This document shows, piece after piece, positions 8,762-16,182 of a stretch of 33,246 bases of DNA; within the stretch, counting starts at the first letter, position 1, and each line of letters begins with the position of its first letter. The translations under genes were made by a program, and so were the position numbers. The stretch lies in contig CAJBKH010000103.1 in NCBI GenBank assembly GCA_903953615.1, positions 1 through 33,246 of the forward strand, given 5' to 3'. The DNA comes from an uncultured Bacteroidota bacterium (GTDB lineage: Bacteria; Bacteroidota; Bacteroidia; NS11-12g; UBA955). The notes below the pieces were generated by a model, which did no database searches, was not told where the DNA came from, and saw only the letters and a program-made list of their open reading frames with translations.

Positions 8762-9853
8762 ATGAAAAATTATAAAGTAATTGGTATTATGTCTGGGTCC
8801 TCAATGGATGGCATTGATTTAGCACTCTGTAATATTAGCGTTGAAGATGGTAAATATTCTTATAGCATTGAAGCCAAGCACACGTATGCTTATGACGATA
8901 AATGGCGTGTAAGATTGTCACAATTGAGAAAGGCTGATGCCTTGGCCTATGCAAAAACAGATGTTTTTTACGGTCATTATTTGGGTGGATTAGTGAATGA
9001 TTTTGTTGAAACCTATAACTTACAGCCAGATTTAGTAGCATCACATGGCCATACGGTTTTTCATTATCCTGATGAATTGATTACCCGACAAGTTGGCGAT
9101 GGGGCCTCTTTATCTGCCATATGTGGATTGCCTGTTGTGAGCGATTTTAGAAGCATGGATGTGGCCAAAGGTGGCGAAGGTGCACCATTGGTAGCCATTG
9201 GCGATGAATTGTTGTTTGCTGAATATGATTATTGCTTAAACATCGGGGGCTTTGCCAATATTTCTGGTCTTGTTGGCGAGTACCGCGTGGCATTTGATAT
9301 TAGTCCTGCGAACATTCTTTTAAACCGCGTGGCCCGTGACTTGAATTTAGCGTATGATCATGATGGCGAAATAGCTGCCAAAGGGGCCATTAATTACGCG
9401 CTGTTGGCCGATTTGAATGCTATAGATTTTTATAAAATGCCTTTTCCTAAATCTTTAAACCGCGATTGGATTAATGAAGAGTTATGGCATCTGGTAAAGG
9501 AGGGTGAAAAACTGTCGCCTGAAGATAAAATGAAAACCTTTGTAGATCATATTGCTACACAAATTGGTAAGAGTATAAATTACATTAGTAGAAATCAAGC
9601 AGCAGGGAAACGTGTGTTGGTAACTGGTGGAGGTGCCTTTAATAATACATTGATGGATTATATCCGAACCCATAGTGAAGCTGAATTTATTATTCCGGAT
9701 CAAGATTTGGTGAAATATAAAGAAGCTTTAATATTTGCTTTGATGGGCGTTTTAAGAGTCGAGAACAATATCAATATCCGAAAAACTTTTACGGGTGCAA
9801 AAAGTGATAGTGTGAGTGGTAGCTTAAATGGTGATTTTAAAAATTTACTTTAA
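8762..9853 (+). CDS. anmK: anhydro-N-acetylmuramic acid kinase
   Basis: N-terminal IGIMSGSSMDGIDLA and C-terminal VTGGGAFN ATPase motifs characteristic of AnmK. Length about 363 aa from the ATG at 8762. Confidence 0.9.
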   Translation: MKNYKVIGIMSGSSMDGIDLALCNISVEDGKYSYSIEAKHTYAYDDKWRVRLSQLRKADALAYAKTDVFYGHYLGGLVNDFVETYNLQPDLVASHGHTVFHYPDELITRQVGDGASLSAICGLPVVSDFRSMDVAKGGEGAPLVAIGDELLFAEYDYCLNIGGFANISGLVGEYRVAFDISPANILLNRVARDLNLAYDHDGEIAAKGAINYALLADLNAIDFYKMPFPKSLNRDWINEELWHLVKEGEKLSPEDKMKTFVDHIATQIGKSINYISRNQAAGKRVLVTGGGAFNNTLMDYIRTHSEAEFIIPDQDLVKYKEALIFALMGVLRVENNINIRKTFTGAKSDSVSGSLNGDFKNLL

Positions 9854-9870
9854 TTTGACAAACATTTCTT

Positions 9871-9878
9871 TATATTTG
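9871..9878 (+). promoter_or_regulatory. -7 box TATATTTG, 4 nt upstream of a lipoprotein ATG (possible leaderless mRNA)
   Basis: Exact TAnnTTTG ending 4 nt before the ATG at 9883. Confidence 0.35.
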
Positions 9879-9882
9879 AGTA

Positions 9883-10446
9883 ATGAAATATTTTAGACTA
9901 TCTGCATTTTTTGTTCTGATAACATTGTTTTCTGCATGTAAAAAGGATAAATCACCTACAGAAATAGTCATTGAATATCCAATCTTTTTTGCAGACCAAT
10001 TTGAGGTTGCTTTAGATACAGTTGCTTTAAGCGAGTACATCGTCAGAGAATCATTTGCTTTTCCCATGGATTTAGACACAGAATTGTCTAAGCAAGGTGC
10101 CAGCAAGAAATCAATCAAGTCGGCCAAATTAATGTTTCTAAAATTACAAGTATTAGACTACGCCTATCCTGATTCAAATAAATATTGCAATTTTAAAGAT
10201 TTGTCAGAAATGTACATGGATATTAAATACGATGGCATAGGACAAGATTTAATCGCATCTAAATCACTCATCCCAGACACAAGAACAAAAGTTTTAAATC
10301 TTGATATGGCCGATATTGAGCTAAAAAACTACTTTCAACAACCCACCATTCAAATGGTTTTTAAATATAAAAAGAGAAGGCAAATGCACAATATAATGCC
10401 TTATATTATTATTGGTAGACTGAAAGTTATAGCCGATCCCATCTAA
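9883..10446 (+). CDS. hypothetical lipoprotein
   Basis: Signal peptide plus lipobox LFSAC (MKYFRLSAFFVLITLFSACKKD). No recognisable domain. Confidence 0.7.
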   Translation: MKYFRLSAFFVLITLFSACKKDKSPTEIVIEYPIFFADQFEVALDTVALSEYIVRESFAFPMDLDTELSKQGASKKSIKSAKLMFLKLQVLDYAYPDSNKYCNFKDLSEMYMDIKYDGIGQDLIASKSLIPDTRTKVLNLDMADIELKNYFQQPTIQMVFKYKKRRQMHNIMPYIIIGRLKVIADPI

Positions 10447-10521
10447 TTCTTTTTTTAATGCATTTGCATCATTTGGAAATTGCTCTTTTAAAAGCATCTT
10501 TGTATTTCAATACTTAATAAT

Positions 10522-11070
10522 ATGAAAAAATTATCATACACGTTTGCGCTTGTTTTTATGGCATTTGTTTTTATGGGTTGTCCTTTGCAAACGAAGGTTG
10601 CAATTGATGAGCCATCTATTAAAATTCCTTCTGAGATGATTAATACTTGGGAAAAAGAAAGTTCAGATAAAGACGCTGATAAATTTGTGATTACAAAAGA
10701 CAATGAGTTTGTTATGCGCATTCTTAAAAAAAGCACCAGTAGTTCTGGCGATGTTACAAAAGAATATTACAAAGGGTTTATTTCAAGAATTGATAAAGTT
10801 GAATTTCTGCAAATTTATGAAGTAGATGATGATTGGAAAGATAAAACTACAACCGATGATCAAGGCAATACTGTGCCAAATAAAGAGTACTATTTGTATA
10901 AATTTACACATGGTAGTGCCTACATTAAAGCGACATTATATCCACTGACTGAAAATGTAACCGATGAGTTTAAGACCTCTTCAGAATTACACGCGTTTCT
11001 TGACAAATACAAAGACATTTCATTCCTATACGATAAGGATACAGAAAAGTATATACGAACAGATGATTAA
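10522..11070 (+). CDS. hypothetical lipoprotein
   Basis: Signal peptide plus lipobox FMGC (MKKLSYTFALVFMAFVFMGCP). Acidic, Lys-rich mature part. No recognisable domain. Confidence 0.7.
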   Translation: MKKLSYTFALVFMAFVFMGCPLQTKVAIDEPSIKIPSEMINTWEKESSDKDADKFVITKDNEFVMRILKKSTSSSGDVTKEYYKGFISRIDKVEFLQIYEVDDDWKDKTTTDDQGNTVPNKEYYLYKFTHGSAYIKATLYPLTENVTDEFKTSSELHAFLDKYKDISFLYDKDTEKYIRTDD

Positions 11071-11103
11071 ATAATGAAAGGTCGCCTAGTGCAGCCTTTT
11101 TTA

Positions 11104-12300
11104 TTAACGGAGCAATAGCGAGCTATCGCCATAGCTTAAAAAGCGGTAATTGTTGTTTAATGCATGCTGATAAATGGCTTTCCAATGGCCATTTGTAAAT
11201 GCTGCAATGAGTAAAAGCAAAGTTGATTTTGGTTGATGAAAATTTGTGATTAAGCCTTTGATAAATTTGAATTCATAACTGGGCATTATCATAATGGAAG
11301 TAACCCCTCCAATTTCTATTAAGTTTTTCGAATTGAGATAAGAGATGAGTATCTGTATGGCCTCTTCTTTATTTGAGATTACATCGGATAAGGTGTATGG
11401 GTCGAGTTTATCAATTACAAAAGGATTCTCAAGGTTTGATTTTATTTTTACCGCGCACCAATGCAAACTTTCTAAAACCCTAACAGTTGTTGTGCCAACA
11501 GCGATAGGGTAGTTTGTGTTGCGTAGTTTATGTAAAGCATCTAAAGAAATGCTGAAGTATTCTTCATGCATCGGGTGCTCTTCAGCTTTGTCTACCGATA
11601 CAGGAAGGAAAGTGCCTGCACTCACATGCAAGGTAAGAGGCGTCATCGTATAATTTTTTTTGACAATGTTTTGCATCACTGCTTCAGTAAAATGCAAGCC
11701 AGCAGTGGGGGCGGCTACAGAGCCCTCTGTATTCGAGTAAACTGTTTGATAGCGTGTGCTATCATTTTGGTCTGCAACTCTTTTGATATAGGGTGGTAGT
11801 GGTATTTCGCCAATTGTGGTTAGTAATTCAATGAACCTAAACTGAGCATTTTCCCAATTAATTTGAACGGTGTTTTTAACTCTGTCAACCCAAGAAAATT
11901 GAAGCTTTACATTTTGGTTATTGATTGTTAATTCTAAATCTAAGATGCTGTCTTCTTTCCATTTTTTTTTATGGCCAACCAAACATTCCCATTGACAATT
12001 TTGGGTGCTATTAAGTGCTTTGAAATACTCGGTTTGAAATGGTTTTAAAAGAAAAATTTCGATGTGTGCGTTGTGTTCATTCTTGGCAAAAATACGTGCA
12101 GGTATGACCTTGGCATCGTTGTAAAATAAACCCATGCCATCCTTCAATAAATCGGGCAATTGATGGAATTGCTGATCCGAAATGACTTGGTCTTGATAGA
12201 CTAATAATTTAGATGCATCCCGCGGTTCTAAGGCCGTTTGCGCAATTCTATCATTGGGCAATTCATAGTCAAAATCTCTAATAAAAATTTCTGGAATCAA
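11104..12300 (-). CDS. queA: S-adenosylmethionine:tRNA ribosyltransferase-isomerase
   Basis: DFDYELPNDRIAQ N terminus, PLPPYIKR, YQTVY, GSVAAPTAGLHFT, HVSAGTF, VGTT, FHQPKSTLL: the canonical QueA motif series. TTG start 3 nt after the upstream stop. Confidence 0.92.
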   Translation of the reverse strand: MIPEIFIRDFDYELPNDRIAQTALEPRDASKLLVYQDQVISDQQFHQLPDLLKDGMGLFYNDAKVIPARIFAKNEHNAHIEIFLLKPFQTEYFKALNSTQNCQWECLVGHKKKWKEDSILDLELTINNQNVKLQFSWVDRVKNTVQINWENAQFRFIELLTTIGEIPLPPYIKRVADQNDSTRYQTVYSNTEGSVAAPTAGLHFTEAVMQNIVKKNYTMTPLTLHVSAGTFLPVSVDKAEEHPMHEEYFSISLDALHKLRNTNYPIAVGTTTVRVLESLHWCAVKIKSNLENPFVIDKLDPYTLSDVISNKEEAIQILISYLNSKNLIEIGGVTSIMIMPSYEFKFIKGLITNFHQPKSTLLLLIAAFTNGHWKAIYQHALNNNYRFLSYGDSSLLLR

Positions 12301-12303
12301 AAT

Positions 12304-12882
12304 TTAAATTTGGTTTAAAAACGCAACCAATTGTGCGATGGCATTTTTTCTATGACTGATTTTATTTTTCTCTTCTGCGGCCATTTCAGCAAAGGTTTTT
12401 GTGTAGCCTATAGGAATAAATATGGGGTCGTATCCAAAGCCATTGTTGCCGTGCATTTCGTTGGTAATATGTCCAAGGACTTCGCCTTTAAAGAAGTGTT
12501 CTTGTTCCGCATTTTTATAACATACCACTGTTTGAAAACGGGCATTTCTGTCTTCAGTATTTTGTAGGTTTTTTAGTAGTAATTGGATGTTGGCAAGGTT
12601 GTCACTTGGTTCACCCGCATAGCGTGCACTTTTTACACCCGGTTGTCCATCGAGTGCATCCACCATTAAGCCACTGTCATCTGCAAAACAAGCCTCGCCT
12701 GTTAATTCAAAAATTCTGCGCGCTTTAATGGCTGCATTTTCCTGCAAGGTGTTGCCTGTTTCTTCAATCTCAATATCAAATTGAATGTCTTGTAAACTTA
12801 ATACTTGAATATGAGGTGGTACCAAGGCTTTTATTTCTTTTAATTTGTTGGTGTTGTTGCTGGCAAATATTAATTTCATCAT
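12304..12882 (-). CDS. rdgB: non-canonical purine NTP pyrophosphatase (RdgB/HAM1 family)
   Basis: KLIFASNNTNKLKEI, FADDSGL.VDAL.G.PG..SARY, GFGYDPIF, SHR motifs. ATG at 12882 or 12879 preferred over the TTG at 12906, which would overlap the upstream gene. Confidence 0.9.
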   Translation of the reverse strand: MMKLIFASNNTNKLKEIKALVPPHIQVLSLQDIQFDIEIEETGNTLQENAAIKARRIFELTGEACFADDSGLMVDALDGQPGVKSARYAGEPSDNLANIQLLLKNLQNTEDRNARFQTVVCYKNAEQEHFFKGEVLGHITNEMHGNNGFGYDPIFIPIGYTKTFAEMAAEEKNKISHRKNAIAQLVAFLNQI

Positions 12883-12892
12883 GCTATCTTCA

Positions 12893-13393
12893 CTATGCGA
12901 TTCCAAACAATCGCTTTACTAAACCCCACAATTTTCTTTTTAATTCATCGCTTTCGCTGATGGTCTTAATATCATCTACAAAAATTATTTTGCAGTCGTT
13001 GTGCACTAAGCCATTGTATTTTCTGCAAACAAGGTCCATGACTGCAGGGTCGATACCCCAAAAAATACAGCACTTAGGACTGAATAATTTCTCTACATTT
13101 TTCCAAGTTAAACCTTCGTAATTATTGATATTAATAACAGCAAAACCATCTGCATCCATAAATACCTTGTCGGTTCTGATGGCATTGATCATTTTAAAGA
13201 AAAAATCGCGTTGGGCCTCAGGAATAATTTTGTCGTCATGGTGGTTCATGATGTGAAGAAATCGATATTTATTGCCACCTTCGTGTTCAATAGAATCATA
13301 ATTAACAAGTTCCTTAACAATATAGAACTCTTCGCCAACAAATAGATTGATGAGTTCAGGAAAATTTTCGGGTATAATTAACTTTTCATCCAT
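12893..13393 (-). CDS. conserved hypothetical protein (first gene of the hyp-rdgB-queA operon)
   Basis: 166-aa ORF with an ATG start, 10 nt upstream of rdgB. No motif I can name with confidence. Confidence 0.6.
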   Translation of the reverse strand: MDEKLIIPENFPELINLFVGEEFYIVKELVNYDSIEHEGGNKYRFLHIMNHHDDKIIPEAQRDFFFKMINAIRTDKVFMDADGFAVININNYEGLTWKNVEKLFSPKCCIFWGIDPAVMDLVCRKYNGLVHNDCKIIFVDDIKTISESDELKRKLWGLVKRLFGIA

Positions 13394-13419
13394 TAAAATA
13401 TGTTTATTTGCATTTATAA

Positions 13420-14478
13420 ATGAGCCTCGAAATTACAATAAATCATGTAGAACAAACAAAGATTTCTTCTTATGATATAGAAAATGTGGGATTTGGAAAA
13501 GTTTTTACAGACCATATGTTTTCCTGCGATTATATCAATGGAGCATGGCAAAATCCTAGAATAGAGCCCTTTGGTAAAATTGAATTGAGTCCAACTTTGT
13601 CTGCATTACACTACGGTCAAGCTATTTTTGAAGGTATGAAAGCCTTTAAAAATAATGATGGAAAAGTGGCTTTCTTTCGTCCTTTAGAAAATTTAAAACG
13701 TTTAAATGTTTCTGCTGAGCGCATGTGCATGCCACAATTGCCTGCTGAAATTTTTATGGAAGCTTTACATCAATTGGTTAAACTCGATGCCGCATGGATA
13801 CCCGTGCAAGCTGGTAGTGCGCTGTATATTCGTCCGTTTATGTTTGCGACAGATGATTTTTTAGGTGTTAAACAAAGTGAAACCTATAAATTTATGGTGT
13901 ATGCTTGTCCTGTTAACGCTTACTATAACCACTTTTTAAAAGTTAGGGTTGAGGAGCATTATACAAGAGGTGCGAAGGGTGGCGCTGGTTTCGCAAAGTG
14001 TGCAGGTAATTATGCCGCAGCTATGTATCCTACCATGTTAGCGCAAAAAGAAGGCTTTGATCAAGTACTTTGGACTGACGGTGCTACACATACGTTGCTC
14101 GAGGAGACAGGCACTAGCAATGTTTTTGTAATAACAAAAGATGCGATCTATACGCCAGAATTAACTGAGACTTTATTGGATGGTATTACCAGAAAATCTG
14201 TCATCGAATTGTTAAAGGATTGGGATCAAAACATTGTTGAAAAAAATATTAGCATTGATGAGCTCATTCAGTGGCATAACACTGGCGATTTACTAGAGAT
14301 GTTTGTTTCTGGCACTGCCGCAACGCTAACCAACATAGAAATGTTTAGCTATAAAGGCATTCGTTATGATTTGAATACCAATATTGATTTATTGAGTGTG
14401 AAAATAAAAGAAGAATTTAATGCAATACGCATCGGTGCAAAAGCAGATAGATTTAACTGGATGATTGCATTAAAATAA
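13420..14478 (+). CDS. ilvE: branched-chain amino acid aminotransferase (class IV)
   Basis: 352 aa. FGKVFTDHM, LHYGQAIFEGMKAF, LYIRPF, AKCAGNYAA, EETGTSNVF and GITR motifs typical of IlvE/BCAT. Confidence 0.92.
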   Translation: MSLEITINHVEQTKISSYDIENVGFGKVFTDHMFSCDYINGAWQNPRIEPFGKIELSPTLSALHYGQAIFEGMKAFKNNDGKVAFFRPLENLKRLNVSAERMCMPQLPAEIFMEALHQLVKLDAAWIPVQAGSALYIRPFMFATDDFLGVKQSETYKFMVYACPVNAYYNHFLKVRVEEHYTRGAKGGAGFAKCAGNYAAAMYPTMLAQKEGFDQVLWTDGATHTLLEETGTSNVFVITKDAIYTPELTETLLDGITRKSVIELLKDWDQNIVEKNISIDELIQWHNTGDLLEMFVSGTAATLTNIEMFSYKGIRYDLNTNIDLLSVKIKEEFNAIRIGAKADRFNWMIALK

Positions 14479-14523
14479 AAACTGAATACTTGTTGATTCT
14501 CCAACCAAAAAAATAAAAATAGA

Positions 14524-15114
14524 ATGTACGAATTTATTGAAGGCAAAGTTGAACATGCCAATCCAGCTTTCATCGTGATTAATGCGAATGGTATAGGATA
14601 CCACATTCAAATTAGTATTAACACTTTCGAGCAGTTTAAAAACATGAAGGAAGCGCGCGTGCTAACCTATTTGGCAATCAAAGAAGACGGCCATTTTATC
14701 TATGGTTTTTTTGATGAAGTTGAGCGCCAGTTGTTCAAGCAATTAATTTCTGTGAATGGTGTTGGAACGAATACAGCACGCATGATTTTAAGTGGGCAAT
14801 CGCCAAACGAAATTATAAGCGCAATTACAACAGGTAATATCGCCATGTTAAAAGCAGTGAAGGGGGTTGGTCCTAAAACGGCCCAACGCATTATTTTAGA
14901 ACTGCAAGATAAAATTGCTAAAATGGCCACACCCGGCGAAATGGGTAGCATACCTGACCAAAAGAATAAGGCATTTGACGAAGCATTATTAGCATTACAA
15001 GCTTTAGGTTTCCAAAGAGGGGTAGCCGAAAAAGTATTGTTAAAAGTTACCAATAACAACAAACTTCAGATTGGTGTCGAAGACATGATCAAACAAAGTT
15101 TGAAAGCCCTTTAA
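14524..15114 (+). CDS. ruvA: Holliday junction branch migration complex subunit RuvA
   Basis: MYEFIEGKV...GIGY OB-fold N terminus and twin helix-hairpin-helix (LISVNGVGTNTA, LKAVKGVGPKTAQRI). 196 aa. Confidence 0.93.
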   Translation: MYEFIEGKVEHANPAFIVINANGIGYHIQISINTFEQFKNMKEARVLTYLAIKEDGHFIYGFFDEVERQLFKQLISVNGVGTNTARMILSGQSPNEIISAITTGNIAMLKAVKGVGPKTAQRIILELQDKIAKMATPGEMGSIPDQKNKAFDEALLALQALGFQRGVAEKVLLKVTNNNKLQIGVEDMIKQSLKAL

Positions 15115-15126
15115 ATTTATTGCAAC

Positions 15127-15160
15127 AAAAAACCCCAAAACTGAAATTCTTGGGGCTTTT
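15127..15160. terminator. bidirectional rho-independent terminator after ruvA
   Basis: Stem CCCCAA (15133-15138) / TTGGGG (15150-15155) with an 11-nt loop. Flanked by A6 on the left and T4 on the right, so a U-run follows the hairpin on either strand. Confidence 0.5.
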
Positions 15161-15530
15161 GCATTTGCGTTTTAGTAGTGTGTTGTAAAACTTCAACGGC
15201 TTACGGGAATGTTTGGGAAAAACTTTTTCAGAAATGCTGAAGGACTATAGGTAGAAGTCCAAGGGCATAACAGAAAGAGCGTTTTATAGTGTAATGTGTG
15301 TAAAGAACTTAAAAATTTTTGCCCTTGTATGATTGAGATACAATTGCACTGGGAAACCGACTTTTTATGATAATGATTATAAAAAGGATACTAATACGAT
15401 GCCTAAGCATAAAAACCAAATGATGTAAGAATACAATGTATACTTCATTGATTTTGTTAAACTGATTTCGATGATTGAATTTTTCATAAATGTAATTGTG
15501 TTTTAATGTTTGATAATTTAAATTAAGGTT

Positions 15531-15740
15531 GTGTTTTCGCTAGTTTTAGTTTTTGTCAAAATCCGCAATGTGTGTTTTCATAGTGTTAGTTTCTGTCAAA
15601 AGCTTTTGTGTGTGTTTTCGTAGTTTTAGTTTTTGTCAAAAGCGATTTAATTTATTTTTCTTGGGTTATTAAATGTCAGTTAAAATGTGTTTTCAATAGT
15701 TTTAGTTTTTTTTAGTTTTAGTTTTAGTTTTTCAATTTTT
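15531..15740. repeat. noncoding tandem array: three 30-31-nt units at 40-41-bp period, plus a fourth unit with an expanded (AGTTTT)n hexamer tract
   Basis: R1 15531-15561 GTGTTTTCGCTAGTTTTAGTTTTTGTCAAAA. R2 15572-15601 GTGTTTTCATAGTGTTAGTTTCTGTCAAAA. R3 15612-15641 GTGTTTTCGTAGTTTTAGTTTTTGTCAAAA. R4 from 15687: GTGTTTTCAAT(AGTTTT)2TTTT(AGTTTT)3TCAATTTT. Confidence 0.9.
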
Positions 15741-15857
15741 AATTCTAGTTCGTATGGGTATGTTTTATTTGTTTTTTCAATTTTTTTATAAGGGCTAAAA
15801 TGCTGAGTATAAATGCCTAATGAGTAGAAATACTTACCATTCTCGTTACCTTATACA

Positions 15858-15888
15858 CAAACATATATCGCAATCTCTAATTTGCAAA
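15858..15888 (-). promoter_or_regulatory. complete Bacteroidota promoter with no downstream gene (TTTG-N19-TATGTTTG on the minus strand)
   Basis: Minus strand reads CATTTGCAAATTAGAGATTGCGATATATGTTTGTGTATAAGG. The -33 TTTG is the complement of 15885-15888 and the -7 TATGTTTG is the complement of 15858-15865. Spacing matches the gene-linked promoters in this window. It points into ORF-free DNA containing the tandem array. Confidence 0.4.
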
Positions 15889-16138
15889 TGATGGTCAATT
15901 TAAATCTAAAAATGATATGTAAAGTGCAATAAATCAGGGTCATAAAATATGTCCAAAAGACTTAAAAATGCCTGTTTTTTGGTTTTTTGCAACTTTTTAG
16001 GGTCATTTTAGGCCACTGAGTATAAATACTTTTTTCACTTTTTTGAACCCCCGAAAACTGTTCGCATATTCTTACATAAAGGGTGTGTTCGTTTTGAAAA
16101 TGCGGGTATTTGTCTTTGGTGTTTTTGTGTATATCCTT

Positions 16139-16170
16139 TTTGAATTTTTTTTAGAAAACAATTAGATTTG
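16139..16170 (+). promoter_or_regulatory. complete Bacteroidota promoter of the helicase gene (TTTG-N20-TAGATTTG)
   Basis: TTTG at 16139-16142 and TAGATTTG at 16163-16170, 12 nt upstream of the ATG at 16183. Confidence 0.5.
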
Positions 16171-16182
16171 TAGTTCGCAATT

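Noticed and set aside
15250-15281. Resemblance of GGTAGAAGTCCAAGGGCATAACAGAAAGAGCG to conserved RNase P RNA segments (GGAAAGUCCGGGC, ACAGAAA)
   Set aside because: These are only short, imperfect word matches. The other universally conserved RNase P regions and the required long-range helices are not present in the surrounding sequence.
15568-15672. 34-aa plus-strand ORF (MCVFIVLVSVKSFCVCFRSFSFCQKRFNLFFLGY) spanning repeats R2-R3
   Set aside because: The 40-bp period puts successive units in different frames. The Cys/Phe-rich composition simply reflects T/G-rich repeat DNA. No promoter is present on this strand.
15531-15740. The tandem repeats as a CRISPR array
   Set aside because: The linkers between units are only 10 nt, far shorter than any spacer. 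The units degenerate into a hexamer microsatellite. No cas genes or leader-like context are present in the window.
15115-16182. The large AT-rich gap as the chromosomal replication origin (oriC)
   Set aside because: I found only one 9-mer within one mismatch of the DnaA box TTATCCACA (TTATACACA, 15851-15859). A second candidate, TGTGTATAT near 16126, has two mismatches. One such hit per kb is close to chance expectation. There is no dnaA or dnaN nearby. An isolated TTGTCCACA at 1702-1710 is likewise uninformative.
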